The notes: a model not told the origin generated them from the letters alone. A stretch of DNA of 64,000 bases from an uncultured candidatus Porisulfidus sp. (GCA_965199755.1 CBDASZ010000001.1:576001-640000); one strand, 5' to 3'; shown: positions 28,063 through 40,921, counted from the stretch's first letter. Numbers and translations are program-made.

Positions 28063-28833
28063 ATGCGTATCATCACACTGAATGTGAACGGCATTCGCAG
28101 CGCGCAGCGCAAGGGTCTGTTTCGCTGGCTGGCGCGCCAGCGCGCCGACGTGGTGTGTCTGCAGGAAGTGCGCGCGCGTGAAGAGCAGGTCGTGGGCGCG
28201 AAATATCATCCGAAGTCTTTTCACTGTCATTACTTGCCGGCGCAACGGCCGGGTTACAGCGGTGTGGCGCTGTTCTGCAAGGAACGCCCCAGCCGCGTGA
28301 TCGAAGGATTCGGTTCCGAGGAGTTCGACACCGAGGGACGTTATCTGGAAGCCCGGTTCGGGCGTGTGTCGGTGGTTTCATTGTACGCGCCTTCCGGTTC
28401 GTCAAGTGAAGCGCGACAGGAGGCCAAATACCGCTTTCTCGATGAGTTCATGGAGCAGTTGCAGCAGTTGCGCCGGCGTCGCGCGATCATTTGCGGTGAC
28501 TGGAATATCGCGCACCGGCAGATTGATCTCAAGAACTGGCGCTCCAATCAGAAGAACTCCGGGTTTCTGCCGGAGGAACGCGCGTGGATGGATGAGGTGT
28601 TCGGTGCTGGCGGGTTTGTGGATGCTTTTCGCGAAGTGGATTCACGTGCCGAGCAGTACACTTGGTGGTCGAATCGCGGGCGGGCCTGGGACAACAACGT
28701 GGGCTGGCGCATTGACTATCAGGTGGTGTCGCGCAATCTTGCCGGTTGCGCCCGCCATGCGCGCATCTACAAGGCGCAGCGATTCTCCGATCACGCGCCG
28801 TTGATCATGGACTACGAACTTCCTGCGTCATGA
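28063..28833 (+). CDS. xth: exodeoxyribonuclease III
   Basis: NVNGIRS, CLQE, GDWNIAH, GWRIDY, SDHAP. Confidence 0.93.
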   Translation: MRIITLNVNGIRSAQRKGLFRWLARQRADVVCLQEVRAREEQVVGAKYHPKSFHCHYLPAQRPGYSGVALFCKERPSRVIEGFGSEEFDTEGRYLEARFGRVSVVSLYAPSGSSSEARQEAKYRFLDEFMEQLQQLRRRRAIICGDWNIAHRQIDLKNWRSNQKNSGFLPEERAWMDEVFGAGGFVDAFREVDSRAEQYTWWSNRGRAWDNNVGWRIDYQVVSRNLAGCARHARIYKAQRFSDHAPLIMDYELPAS

Positions 28834-30173
28834 GTTCCCTGCACATCAAGACTTTGAGCTGGCGCGACGCGCTGTTGCTGTACCGCGACATACGGATGCT
28901 GCAGATTCTGTTGAACGGCGCGATCAGCGGCCTGCCGCATGTTGCTATTTTGTCCATGATGACCCTGTGGCTGCAGGAGAGCGGGTTCAGCCGCTCCGAT
29001 ATTGGCCTGTTTGGTCTGGTCATGGTGGTCTACGCGGCCAATGTGGCGTGGGCACCGGTCGTCGACGGGGTGCGCATCCCGTGGCTGACCCGGTGTTTGG
29101 GGCCGCGGCGATCGTGGATCGTTGCGATGCAGATAGTGATTGCGGTGTGCCTGTTGTTGCTGTCCGGTCTGGATCCGGCGACCCAGATCGAGTGGATCGC
29201 CTTGTGGGCGGTGGTGCTGGCGACCGCTAGCGCGACTCAAGATGTGGCAATTGATGCCTTACGTATTGAGCTATTTCAGGAGCAGGAAGCGCGCAAGGTC
29301 AGTGGTGGTTCGGCGATGGCGGCCTCAGGCTGGTGGATCGGATACGGCTTCGGTGGCAGCTTGGCGCTGTTTCTTGTGGATGCGATGCAGGGAGCGGGTG
29401 TGGAGAATGCCTGGCAAAACGGCTATTTGCTGCTGATCGTGGTGGTGGCAATGCTGGTCGCGCTGTTCTTGTGGCTGGTGCCGGAACCGAAAAAGCCCGT
29501 CCAGCCGCCGGCATCGCTGAACCTTGTGAGTCGGGCAGCGCAGATTTACACACAGCCGATTTTGAGTTTCGTCATGCGTTATGGCTTGCGCCTGGCCGCG
29601 TTTTTGCTGCTGGCGATTTTCCTGTTCAAGATTGGTGAGGCCTTTCTGGGCCGAATGTCCCTGCTGTTCTACACCGAAGTGGGTTTCTCAAAGTCAGACA
29701 TTGCCTTGTATTCAAAAGGCTATGGAACCGTGGCTTTTGTCGCCTTCGCGGTGTTTGGCAGCCTGATTACGGCACGTTATGGTTTACTGCGCGGGCTTAT
29801 CATCGGCGGTGTGGCGATGGCGCTGACCAATTTGCTGTTCGCGGCGCTGACGTTTTATCCGGCGCCGTGGCTGTTCGCGACCGCGGTGGTGGCGGATCAG
29901 TTCACCACGGCGGTTTCCACCGTGGCCTTTGTAGCGTTTCTGTCGCAGTTGTGCGATCGCAACTGGACCGCCACGCAATATGCGGCGCTGGCCTCACTCG
30001 GCAACCTTTCGCGCACCACGATGGCGGCCGGCAGTGGCATTGTGGTGGATGGGCTGGGCGGGAACTGGCCGCTATTTTTTGTCATCACCACGCTGATGGT
30101 GTTGCCGAGCCTGCTGCTGATTATGGCCAATCGCGAGGCGCTGAAACCGTTTCTTGAGGGGAGCCGAGTATAA
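28830..30173 (+). CDS. ampG: AmpG-like MFS muropeptide transporter
   Basis: WAPVVD, RRSWI, SATQDVAIDALRIE, ATQYAAL. Confidence 0.82.
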   Translation: MSSLHIKTLSWRDALLLYRDIRMLQILLNGAISGLPHVAILSMMTLWLQESGFSRSDIGLFGLVMVVYAANVAWAPVVDGVRIPWLTRCLGPRRSWIVAMQIVIAVCLLLLSGLDPATQIEWIALWAVVLATASATQDVAIDALRIELFQEQEARKVSGGSAMAASGWWIGYGFGGSLALFLVDAMQGAGVENAWQNGYLLLIVVVAMLVALFLWLVPEPKKPVQPPASLNLVSRAAQIYTQPILSFVMRYGLRLAAFLLLAIFLFKIGEAFLGRMSLLFYTEVGFSKSDIALYSKGYGTVAFVAFAVFGSLITARYGLLRGLIIGGVAMALTNLLFAALTFYPAPWLFATAVVADQFTTAVSTVAFVAFLSQLCDRNWTATQYAALASLGNLSRTTMAAGSGIVVDGLGGNWPLFFVITTLMVLPSLLLIMANREALKPFLEGSRV

Positions 30174-30221
30174 TCCCAAACCCTCCGTAGAGCGCCGTCG
30201 CTGACGGCGAACACAATAATC

Positions 30222-30956
30222 ATGGACCCTGAAGACGTCATACATCACCCTTCGGCAGGGTTTGAGAGCCACCTGAAAAATATTCGGGACCATGTCATGG
30301 AAATGGGTGGTCTGGCGGAGCAGCACGTCGAATTGGCCGTGCGTGCGATCCTCGACGGCGACCTGAAAGTCGCCAAGAAAATTTCTCGCGCCGACTTCAA
30401 AATCAACGCCATGGAAGTCAAACTGGATGAGGAATGCGGAGAGTTTCTGGCTTTGCGCCACCCGGTGGCTATGGATCTGCGCACCGTGATTACCGTGATC
30501 AAAACGACCACCGATCTGGAGCGGGTTGGCGATGAGGCAGAGAAAATCGCCCGCATCGCGATGAGTCTGGATCACTCGCGGGTGCGCAAACGGCATTTGC
30601 GCGCCATCAAGCACATCAGTTCACACGTGCGCAAAATGCTGCATGACGCGCTGGATTCCTACGTGCGGCTGGATACCGAACTGGCTTTGCAGGTATTGAA
30701 ACAGGACCCGGAAGTGGATCAGGAATATGAAGCCGCCATTCGCCAGATGATCACCTTTATGATGGAAGACCCGCGCGACATTCAACTGGTTCTCGACACT
30801 CACTGGTGCGCCAAGGCGCTGGAGCGCATCGGCGATCATGCCGCCAACATCTGTGAGCACGTGCTTTATCAGGTCCTCGGCAAGGACCTGCGGCACATTT
30901 CCATCGAGCAAGTCGAAAAAGAGATGCAACTGGCTACGGCTCCAAGCGGCGATTGA
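30222..30956 (+). CDS. phoU: phosphate signalling protein PhoU
   Basis: DLERVGDEA and LERIGDHAANI repeats. Confidence 0.95.
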   Translation: MDPEDVIHHPSAGFESHLKNIRDHVMEMGGLAEQHVELAVRAILDGDLKVAKKISRADFKINAMEVKLDEECGEFLALRHPVAMDLRTVITVIKTTTDLERVGDEAEKIARIAMSLDHSRVRKRHLRAIKHISSHVRKMLHDALDSYVRLDTELALQVLKQDPEVDQEYEAAIRQMITFMMEDPRDIQLVLDTHWCAKALERIGDHAANICEHVLYQVLGKDLRHISIEQVEKEMQLATAPSGD

Positions 30957-30969
30957 TGGCCGCCTGACT

Positions 30970-31875
30970 TCAGCGCAACAAAAACTCCAGCAAGGCTTTC
31001 TGCGCGTGCAGGCGGTTTTCCGCCTCCTGCCAGACCACACTTTGCGTTCCGTCAATTACTTCCGCGGTGACTTCCTCGCCGCGATGCGCGGGCAAGCAGT
31101 GCATAAATAACGCATCAGAATTCGCGCGTGACATCAGTTCGGCATTGACCTGGTACGGCTGAAAGGTTTGCAGACGATCATGTTGCTCATCTTCCTGCCC
31201 CATGCTGGCCCACACGTCGGTGACCACCCAGTCGGCCCCTTCCACGGCCCAAAGCGGATCCTCACTCCAGCGCACACGCTCCGGCTCAAGTCCGAGCCAA
31301 TCGTCTCCGGGCGCATACGCGGGCGGGGTAGCGATACGCAACTCAAAACCGCACTGGCGCGTGGCGTTGATGTAGGAACGGCACATGTTGTTGCCGTCGC
31401 CGACGAAGGCTACGCGCACACCGTCGAACTCGCGGCGTTGTTCTCGCCAGGTCAGCAGATCGGCCAGTAACTGGCACGGGTGCAGGCGGTCAGTCAGACC
31501 ATTGATAACCGGTACGCTGGAAAATTCGGCGTAACGCTCCAGAGTTTCATGCGCGTAGGTGCGCACCATGATCGCGTCGACCATGGAGGAGAGTACACGC
31601 GCGGCGTCCTCGACTGGTTCACCACGGGACTGCTGCGTGTTTTCAGGCGTCAGAAACAGCGCACTGCCGCCGAGTTGCGTCATGCCAGTCTCAAAAGACA
31701 CCCGCGTGCGGGTGGAGTTCTTGTCAAACAGCATCGCCAGCGTCTTGCCGGCCAATACCGGCTGCGCGTCGCCGGCCTGATGCCGGGATTTGAGTTCCTC
31801 AGCGCGCGCAAGCAATGCGCCAAGCTCATCCGCGCTCAGATCCGTCAGGCTCAGAAAGTGGCGGGTAGGGTTCAT
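30970..31875 (-). CDS. argF: ornithine carbamoyltransferase
   Basis: STRTR, HPCQ, VWASMG, HCLPAHRGEE, AENRLH. Confidence 0.98.
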   Translation of the reverse strand: MNPTRHFLSLTDLSADELGALLARAEELKSRHQAGDAQPVLAGKTLAMLFDKNSTRTRVSFETGMTQLGGSALFLTPENTQQSRGEPVEDAARVLSSMVDAIMVRTYAHETLERYAEFSSVPVINGLTDRLHPCQLLADLLTWREQRREFDGVRVAFVGDGNNMCRSYINATRQCGFELRIATPPAYAPGDDWLGLEPERVRWSEDPLWAVEGADWVVTDVWASMGQEDEQHDRLQTFQPYQVNAELMSRANSDALFMHCLPAHRGEEVTAEVIDGTQSVVWQEAENRLHAQKALLEFLLR

Positions 31876-33053
31876 GCGGCGATCTCCTGAATTAATGGGA
31901 CCAGTCGTTGTACCAGTGTATCCGCTTGCGCCTCAGACAGGATCAGCGGCGGCAGCAGTCGCACCACGTGCCCGCGCGCCACATTGATCAGCAGGCGCTG
32001 CTGCAGGGCACGCTGCGTCAGTTCTCCAGCGGGGCTGTTCAGTTCAATGCCAATCATCAGCCCCGCGCCACGCACTTCACGCACTCCGGCGAGCGGCTCC
32101 AGATGGGTTTTCAGCTGGTCGAGCAGTAACTGGCCGACGTGTGCAGCATGGGCGCATAGCTGATCTCTTTCGATGACGTCCAGCACGGTCAATCCGGCCC
32201 GGCAGGCCAGTGGGTTGCCGCCGAAGGTGGTACCGTGGCGTCCGGCTTCCATTAAGTCGTCCACAGCCGGACCACTCAGACACGCGCCGATCGGATAGCC
32301 GTTACCGAGCGCCTTGGCGATGGTCACAATATCCGGCTGAATGCCATGGTGCTGGTAGGCGAACATCGCGCCAGTGCGTCCCAGTCCGGTCTGAATCTCA
32401 TCCAGAATGAGCAGTGTGTTGTGCCGAGTGCACAAGTCGCGCAGGCGCGGCAGATACTCTGCGCCCGGGATGCGTACGCCGCCTTCGCCCTGAATCGGTT
32501 CCGCCAGGACGGCGACGACGTTCGGATTGGATTGCAGCGCTGTGCCCACCGCACCAAGGTCATTGAAAGGCACGGGCACGAAACTGGCATCGTACGGGGC
32601 GTAGCCGTTGCGCACACGCTCGCCGGAAGAGGCGCTGAGCGTGGCGATGGTGCGGCCATGAAATGCGCCGTCCAGCACCAGCACTTGCGGCGTGTCGATG
32701 TTCTTCGCGTGTCCAAACAGCCGCGCCATCTTAAGCGCGCATTCGTTGGCTTCCGCGCCGGAATTACAGAAGAACGCCTGTTGCATATCAGCGGTCGTGG
32801 TGAGTTTGGCTGCGAGTTCCTGCTGGTGGGGGATTTCGTACAGGTTTGATGTGTGCACCAAAGTGGCGGCTTGATCCTGCAGCGCCGCGGTCACGTCCCG
32901 ATGGCAATGCCCAAGCGCGCAGACCGCAATGCCAGCGATGGCGTCGAGATATTCGTTGCCCGCGTCGTCGTACAGCATACAGCCGTCGCCGCGCACGAAG
33001 TGCATCGGCAAACGCGCATAGGTCGGCAACAAAGGTGACGCGGGAGTATTCAT
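31872..33053 (-). CDS. argD: acetylornithine aminotransferase
   Basis: NSGAEANE, FHGRT, DEIQTGLGRTG, AKALGNG, HGTTFGGNP; argD-argF synteny. Confidence 0.95.
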   Translation of the reverse strand: MNTPASPLLPTYARLPMHFVRGDGCMLYDDAGNEYLDAIAGIAVCALGHCHRDVTAALQDQAATLVHTSNLYEIPHQQELAAKLTTTADMQQAFFCNSGAEANECALKMARLFGHAKNIDTPQVLVLDGAFHGRTIATLSASSGERVRNGYAPYDASFVPVPFNDLGAVGTALQSNPNVVAVLAEPIQGEGGVRIPGAEYLPRLRDLCTRHNTLLILDEIQTGLGRTGAMFAYQHHGIQPDIVTIAKALGNGYPIGACLSGPAVDDLMEAGRHGTTFGGNPLACRAGLTVLDVIERDQLCAHAAHVGQLLLDQLKTHLEPLAGVREVRGAGLMIGIELNSPAGELTQRALQQRLLINVARGHVVRLLPPLILSEAQADTLVQRLVPLIQEIAA

Positions 33054-33068
33054 GATTAAAGGGGGACA

Positions 33069-33092
33069 AGCGGCAGTCCGCAGACTGCCGCT
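33069..33092 (-). terminator. hairpin downstream of the PuuD-like gene
   Basis: AGCGGCAGTC / GACTGCCGCT 10-bp inverted repeat with 4-nt loop. Confidence 0.55.
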
Positions 33093-33122
33093 CTTAAGGG
33101 TGGAGCGCAGAGGGTGCTGGGG

Positions 33123-33707
33123 TTAGAACGCTAAGCCTCCGTGCCCGAATGAAACCATCGACATCAGCATCGGAATGGACAGTAGCGTATTGGTGCGCGA
33201 GGCCAGCATAGCAAGATTCTTGGCCTTGGCTTTCTCCTCATCAGTTGCTTCGACCATGCCAAGCACTTTCTTCTGGTTGGGCCAGATCACCGCCCACACA
33301 TTGACCAGCATGATGGTGCCGAGCCAGACGCCGATACCAATATTCATGTTTTGCAGAGTAAAGGCAGCGACAAAGCCGATTTTCATTGACTCTAGTGCGG
33401 CCGCACCCGTCAACCAGGTCAGCAAGGCTGCCCAGCGAAACCACAGCAAGGCGCGTGGCGCGACATACTTGTTGATGGCCGCGGGTCCGGGGCCGTCAGA
33501 GTCAGCCAATGCGGCACCGACCGCTGGAATCTGTACGAAATTGAAGTAGTACAGCAAGCCGATCCAGATGATGCCGACGAACACATGGGCCCAGACGATA
33601 AGGCTGGCCAGATTGACCTCAAAGCCTTGTACCAGAGCGCCGATGATGATCGCCAGAATAAGGCCGGAGACAAGCGTTCCGGTTACTGATTTGAGTGGAT
33701 TTTGCAT
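33123..33707 (-). CDS. urate hydroxylase PuuD-family membrane protein (no cytochrome c domain)
   Basis: HVFVGIIWIGLLYYFNFVQ, ALLWFRWAA, NVWAVIWPNQKKVLG, ASRTNTLLSIPML. Confidence 0.8.
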   Translation of the reverse strand: MQNPLKSVTGTLVSGLILAIIIGALVQGFEVNLASLIVWAHVFVGIIWIGLLYYFNFVQIPAVGAALADSDGPGPAAINKYVAPRALLWFRWAALLTWLTGAAALESMKIGFVAAFTLQNMNIGIGVWLGTIMLVNVWAVIWPNQKKVLGMVEATDEEKAKAKNLAMLASRTNTLLSIPMLMSMVSFGHGGLAF

Positions 33708-34273
33708 GATTCTCTCCTGCAGTGCAGATAATAAGATTGTAGCACCTCACGGATATGGCATTGGCTTCGAGTAATAGCGAATAGATGTAATTCGGAGTGA
33801 ACCAGTTGGTCAATCTCCGAATCTACGGTTTAGTTTGGGGCGGCCAGTACTTTGGCCCATTCCTCATCCAGCCATCCCGGCTCGCGAGGCAAGCACACAG
33901 TGCGCCCATCGCCCTCCACTGCTGGTCTGTGCCAGCCCGGTCCGAGATACTCGTAAAAGTAAAAAGTGAATTAAATGTTGTTCGGTCACTTTCCACACCG
34001 ATTTTCAGATTGTACCCCCCTTTTATAACCCGTGTGCGGTGACAGCATTTCGAGGTGGTTCCACGATGTTGTGCGTATGAGAGATGGCGGCGGTCATATC
34101 AAAAAATATATAAGGTATGCAAGCCGACAGGCCGCGATTGAACTGACAAAAGGGCTGATTGTGCGATGGTTTCAGGTTCGCGCGGTCCGGTCATTGAAGA
34201 TGGCGATGCTGCGAGGGATATGCCCGCACAAGTAAAATGCCTTCGCACAGTCCCCGGACGCATCACCCCAGAC

Positions 34274-36701
<2,428 letters not shown>

Positions 36702-36709
<8 letters not shown>

Positions 36710-37181
36710 GCGTATGGTGTTCGCTCTGGGCGTGTGTGTGGCGCTTGGCGGTTGTGAATTTAAACTGGCGGGAACGCCTGGCGCATTGCCGGACATCGCG
36801 CAGCAGACGCTGGAGATCTCTGGTGGTAGTGCGGAATTTCGGTACCTGCTTCGTTCGACGTTGCGCGAGCAAGGTGTGCGTATTGATGCTGAAGGCGCGG
36901 AACTGATTGTGCATTTGCAGGGACCGGAGCGCCGACGGCGGGTGCTGGCGGTGGATCAGGAGTTCGATGCGCGTGAATATGAACTAGTGATGCACCTGAC
37001 GGTGCGTCTGCAAGTGCCTGGTGCGGAGAAATCCGAACCGCTGACCTTGTCGCGTACGCGCAACTGGCTGTTTGACGCGCGGCATACGTTGGCCGCGGAT
37101 GAGGAGCGAGCAGTACTGGAGCAGGAGATGCGACTCGAATTGATGGAGGCGCTGGTGCTGCATATACAGGCCCACTCATGA
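36702..37181 (+). CDS. lptE: LPS assembly lipoprotein LptE
   Basis: Lipobox LGGC followed by EFKLAG; REYEL; immediately follows leuS. Confidence 0.85.
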
Positions 37182-37537
37182 GCAGCGATGCGGTGAGCGA
37201 GCCGAGTTTGTTCAGTCGGATCATTGACGGCGAGATTCCGGCTGATTTTGTTTATCAGGACGATGTGTGCGTGGCATTTCGCGACGTCAGTCCGCAAGCG
37301 CCGACGCATGTGCTGATTGTGCCACGTGAGCCGCTGGATTGCATCGGCCATGCCCGCGATGAGCAGCAGGACATGCTTGGGCATCTGATGTTGGTGGCCG
37401 GCAAGGTGGCTCGTGAACTGGGTTGCGATGATGCGTTTCGTCTGGTGATCAATCACGGGGCCGGAGTCGGGCAGTCGGTGTTTCACCTGCATGTGCATCT
37501 GTTGGCGGGTCGCGCGTTTGACTGGCCGCCAGGCTGA
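37178..37537 (+). CDS. HIT family nucleotide-binding protein (HinT-like)
   Basis: FSRIIDGEIPA, PQAPTHVL, GQSVFHLHVHLL. Confidence 0.95.
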   Translation: MSSDAVSEPSLFSRIIDGEIPADFVYQDDVCVAFRDVSPQAPTHVLIVPREPLDCIGHARDEQQDMLGHLMLVAGKVARELGCDDAFRLVINHGAGVGQSVFHLHVHLLAGRAFDWPPG

Positions 37538-37540
37538 GTG

Positions 37541-37984
37541 ATGGCAGAGGAGACAGCGGCCGCGTTCGACTGGCGGTGCCGCATAACCTGGGGGCGCTCG
37601 GCATACAACACGATGTGGTGCCTGATCGGTTGCGCCGTTGGTGATTTTGGCACGATTTTCTACTTCCAGTATTACCAGATCGAAGCGCCGGTGCTGCTGA
37701 TTTTTGGACTGGCGATGTTCAACGGCATTGTGACCAGCATTCTGCTGGAGACAATTTTGCTGTGTCGCTCTATGGCGTTGTGGCAGGCGTTTCGCACGGC
37801 GACCGGAATGAGTTTGATCAGCATGATTTCCATGGAGCTGGCCATGAACGGGATGGACTGGCTGTTGGTCGGCGCACTGGAGTTACGCTGGTGGTCAATG
37901 TTGCCGGCGCTGGCGGTTGGATTTCTGACGCCGTGGCCGTACAACTACTGGCGGCTGAAAGCGCTAGGGAAGGCTTGCCACTAG
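37541..37984 (+). CDS. DUF4396-like membrane protein
   Basis: TMWCLIGCAVGD, SMISMELAMN, FLTPWPYNYW; Met-rich TM segments. Confidence 0.7.
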   Translation: MAEETAAAFDWRCRITWGRSAYNTMWCLIGCAVGDFGTIFYFQYYQIEAPVLLIFGLAMFNGIVTSILLETILLCRSMALWQAFRTATGMSLISMISMELAMNGMDWLLVGALELRWWSMLPALAVGFLTPWPYNYWRLKALGKACH

Positions 37985-38032
37985 GGTGCGGGCACTTTTG
38001 AGAGTGGGTGCGTTGATGCACTGATGGTATGA

Positions 38033-38312
38033 GAGGCCGGCACGGGAACCTACACGTGAAACTGGCTACGTAGCCTGCGGGTACGGTGGTCGTCACGCCG
38101 TCGAGCGACACCACGTCGGTCGCCACGGTATCCGGGGCGCTCACATTTTCGACGACCACCCGGAGTACGGCGCAGAATGTGACAGTGACGGTGGCAGCAG
38201 TCAGAGATTGGGCATCGCATGGCAGCGACCCGGCATGGATCTGGGCCTGGAAGGCTTCACCAGCGACGGTGGCGACACGGGTGCGCAGTTGCAGCTGGAC
38301 ATCCAGCGGTAA
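38033..38312 (+). pseudogene. relic of a large surface adhesin/autotransporter-like gene
   Basis: EAGTGTYT/VKLAT*PAGTVVVTPSSDTTSVATVSGALTFSTTTRSTAQNVTVT (Ig-like repeat with frameshift and TAG), joined in another frame to RLGIAWQRPGMDLGLEG...AQLQLDIQR* (barrel-like terminal strands). Confidence 0.6.
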
Positions 38313-38417
38313 GCCGATTTGAGCGCCGCCGGCAGCCCAAAAACAACGCGCCCTGAGCGACCCTGCTAAAATTCACCGTTCTGCCACTTGAACCATGGCA
38401 GTGTCACGTTTTCCTGT

Positions 38418-38494
38418 GCGCCCGTAGCTCAGTTGGATAGAGTGTGTGGCTACGAACCACAAGGTCGGGGGTTCGAATCCCTCCGGGCGCGCCA
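38418..38494 (+). tRNA. tRNA-Arg(ACG)
   Basis: GCGCCCGTAGCTCAGTTGGATAGAG...CTACGAA loop...GGTTCGAATCC...CCA. Confidence 0.97.
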
Positions 38495-38533
38495 ATTACA
38501 ATGAACCAGTCATTTTTTTGAGAGAATTTGCCA

Positions 38534-38827
38534 ATGGAGCCATTGAACCTGAGTCGGGAACTGGTGCAGAGCCTGATGAGCGCGCTGCAGCAGCACGATG
38601 CACGATGTGAGGACCCCATGATCGCCGCGCAATACTTGGCTGCGGTGATGGGATTGCTGGTTGGCAATACGCCTATTGAGGCAGAAGGCAAGCGCGAGGC
38701 CATGGACGAACTCAGCGCGTTCGCGCAGCATGTGCTGGGCGATGTACTAGAGCAGACCCAACAGCGCGCCGCGGCCCCCGCGGCTGATCCCTCAAAGGCA
38801 TTCGGGATCTGGAAGCCGCCAGAATAA
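38534..38827 (+). CDS. conserved-looking hypothetical protein
   Basis: Helical 97-aa ORF (QYLAAVMG...AFGIWKP) with host-like codon usage between the tRNA and serS. Confidence 0.75.
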   Translation: MEPLNLSRELVQSLMSALQQHDARCEDPMIAAQYLAAVMGLLVGNTPIEAEGKREAMDELSAFAQHVLGDVLEQTQQRAAAPAADPSKAFGIWKPPE

Positions 38828-38842
38828 CTGACTCCACGCGCA

Positions 38843-40123
38843 ATGCTGGACCTGAAACACCTGCGCGCTGACCCGCAAGCAGTGGCGGACAATCTGGCGC
38901 GTCGCGGCTACACCTTCGATGTTTCCGGCTTCACGCAACTGGAGGCGACGCGCAAACAGATCCAGACCGAAACCGAAGAACTGCAGCATCAGCGCAACAC
39001 GCTGTCGCGCGAAATTGGTCAGCGGCGCGGTGCTGGAGAGGATGCCAATGCTCTGATGGCTGAAGCGGCGACGCTGGGAGAGACCCTGGAGGCGCGGCAG
39101 CATCAATTGCGCGACATTCAGGAGCAACTGGAATCCCTGTTACTGGAAGTGCCCAACGTACTGGATGCGCAAGTGCCGGAGGGCGATGAACCAGATGACA
39201 ATGAGGAACTGAGACGCTGGGGCACGCCTCGGGACTTCGACTTCGAACCGAAGGACCACGTCGCTTTGGGAGAAGACTTGGCGCATGGTCTGGATCTGCA
39301 GGGCGCAGTACAGATGTCGGGTTCGCGTTTTGCTGTGTTGCAGGGTGATCTGGCGCTGTTGTATCGCGCTTTGGGGCAATTCATGCTGCAGGTGCACACG
39401 CAGGAGCACGGCTACTGCGAAACGGCGGTGCCGTATCTGGTCAACGCGGAAAGTTTGTATGGCACCGGACAGCTGCCGAAATTTCGTGAAGATCTGTTTG
39501 CTGTGGAGGGCGAAGAGCATTTTCTGATCCCGACCTCGGAAGTGCCGCTCACCAACCTGTTGCGCGATACGATTCTGGAACCGGAAGCGCTGCCGTGGAT
39601 GCGGGTCGCGCACACACCGTGCTTTCGCGCCGAGGCCGGCTCATACGGCAAGGACACGCACGGTCTGATTCGCCAGCATCAATTTGACAAGGTGGAACTG
39701 GTGATGGCGGTGCACCCAGACGAATCCGAGGCTGCTCTGGAGAGCCTGACCGCTCATGCGGAGACGATTCTGCAGCGCTTGGATCTGCCGTATCGTGTGG
39801 TGTCCCTGTGTGCCGGGGATATGGGCTTCGCGGCGGCACGTACATACGATCTGGAAGTGTGGCTGCCGGGACAGCAGACCTACCGGGAAATTTCTTCCTG
39901 CAGCAACTTCCGGGCATTTCAGGCGCGTCGGATCAAGGCGCGCTATCGGTCAGCGCTGGAAACGGCCCCGCAACTGTTGCATACGCTCAATGGCTCCGGC
40001 TTGGCGGTCGGACGCACTCTGGTTGCGGTACTAGAGAACGGCCAGCGCGAGGACGGCAGCATTGAAGTGCCCGAATGTCTGGCCCCATGGATGAACGGAC
40101 TCAAGGAACTGCGTACTCCATGA
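38843..40123 (+). CDS. serS: serine--tRNA ligase
   Basis: [43 protein letters not shown]. Confidence 0.99.
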   Translation: MLDLKHLRADPQAVADNLARRGYTFDVSGFTQLEATRKQIQTETEELQHQRNTLSREIGQRRGAGEDANALMAEAATLGETLEARQHQLRDIQEQLESLLLEVPNVLDAQVPEGDEPDDNEELRRWGTPRDFDFEPKDHVALGEDLAHGLDLQGAVQMSGSRFAVLQGDLALLYRALGQFMLQVHTQEHGYCETAVPYLVNAESLYGTGQLPKFREDLFAVEGEEHFLIPTSEVPLTNLLRDTILEPEALPWMRVAHTPCFRAEAGSYGKDTHGLIRQHQFDKVELVMAVHPDESEAALESLTAHAETILQRLDLPYRVVSLCAGDMGFAAARTYDLEVWLPGQQTYREISSCSNFRAFQARRIKARYRSALETAPQLLHTLNGSGLAVGRTLVAVLENGQREDGSIEVPECLAPWMNGLKELRTP

Positions 40124-40620
40124 CCTTGTCGGAGAGATCCTCAGGAGTTGTCGAGTGGATTGGTATTCGACCGGGTCGCAGTCAGCCCATGACCGCATGC
40201 TCAGAAGTTTGGGCGTTGCGCAATCGAGGTCTGGAGAAGGATTATGCGGCAAAGCGCACGGGTGGGAAAAGGCAGGTTACGCTGATACAACAGGAAGACT
40301 TCTCTAGGATTGAAGCGCAGTTGAAGGGATGGGCGCAGCCGGAGCAGTTGCGTCGCAATCTGGTGATCTCCGGGATTGATCTCAATACCCTGATTGGACA
40401 GTCTTTTCGGATTGGCGATGCTGTGTTCGAGGGCAGCGGGACGTGTCCGCCGTGCCGCAAAATGGACGCAGCTTTGGGTGAGGGCGGCTGTGTCGCAATG
40501 ACTGATCTGGGAGGCATTACGGCGCGTGTGCTGTCCGACGGTGCGATTCGCATCGGTGACGCAGTATCCCTTGATGGTGTGCCCGATGCGCTTTCGGTTG
40601 CGGCTGTCGAACAGGTGTGA
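40120..40620 (+). CDS. MOSC domain protein
   Basis: [35 protein letters not shown]. Confidence 0.88.
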   Translation: MTLSERSSGVVEWIGIRPGRSQPMTACSEVWALRNRGLEKDYAAKRTGGKRQVTLIQQEDFSRIEAQLKGWAQPEQLRRNLVISGIDLNTLIGQSFRIGDAVFEGSGTCPPCRKMDAALGEGGCVAMTDLGGITARVLSDGAIRIGDAVSLDGVPDALSVAAVEQV

Positions 40621-40621
40621 C

Positions 40622-40921
40622 ATGCCAATCTATGAGTATCGCTGCGAGGCGTGCGGCGAGGAGCACGAAGCCTTGCAGAAAATGAGTGAGCCACCGTTGC
40701 GGATATGTCCGCGATGCGGGGAGGACCGTCTGCGCAAACAGTTGACCGCACCTGGTTTTCAATTGAAAGGGAGCGGTTGGTATGAGACAGACTTCAAGGA
40801 TAACGGTAAAGAGAAGAAAAAAGACACAGAGAAATCGGAGAGCAAAAAGGATACCGGAGCATCAAAAACTGCGACCAAGGAATCTACTGCCAAGACATCA
40901 GACAACACGTCCTCGGCCTGA
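40622..40921 (+). CDS. FmdB family zinc-ribbon protein
   Basis: MPIYEYRCEACG...CPRCG...FQLKGSGWYETDF. Confidence 0.92.
   Translation: MPIYEYRCEACGEEHEALQKMSEPPLRICPRCGEDRLRKQLTAPGFQLKGSGWYETDFKDNGKEKKKDTEKSESKKDTGASKTATKESTAKTSDNTSSA

Noticed and set aside
33830-34273. Possible small gene in the PuuD-leuS intergenic region (minus-strand ...PGWLDEEWAKVLAAPN*, and ORFs 33797-34042 and 34032-34235)
   Set aside because: No good start/SD and no recognisable motif; it could be a remnant but this cannot be supported
38418-38494. tRNA-Arg as an integration site of an island
   Set aside because: No integrase and no duplicated tRNA 3' end was seen in the window
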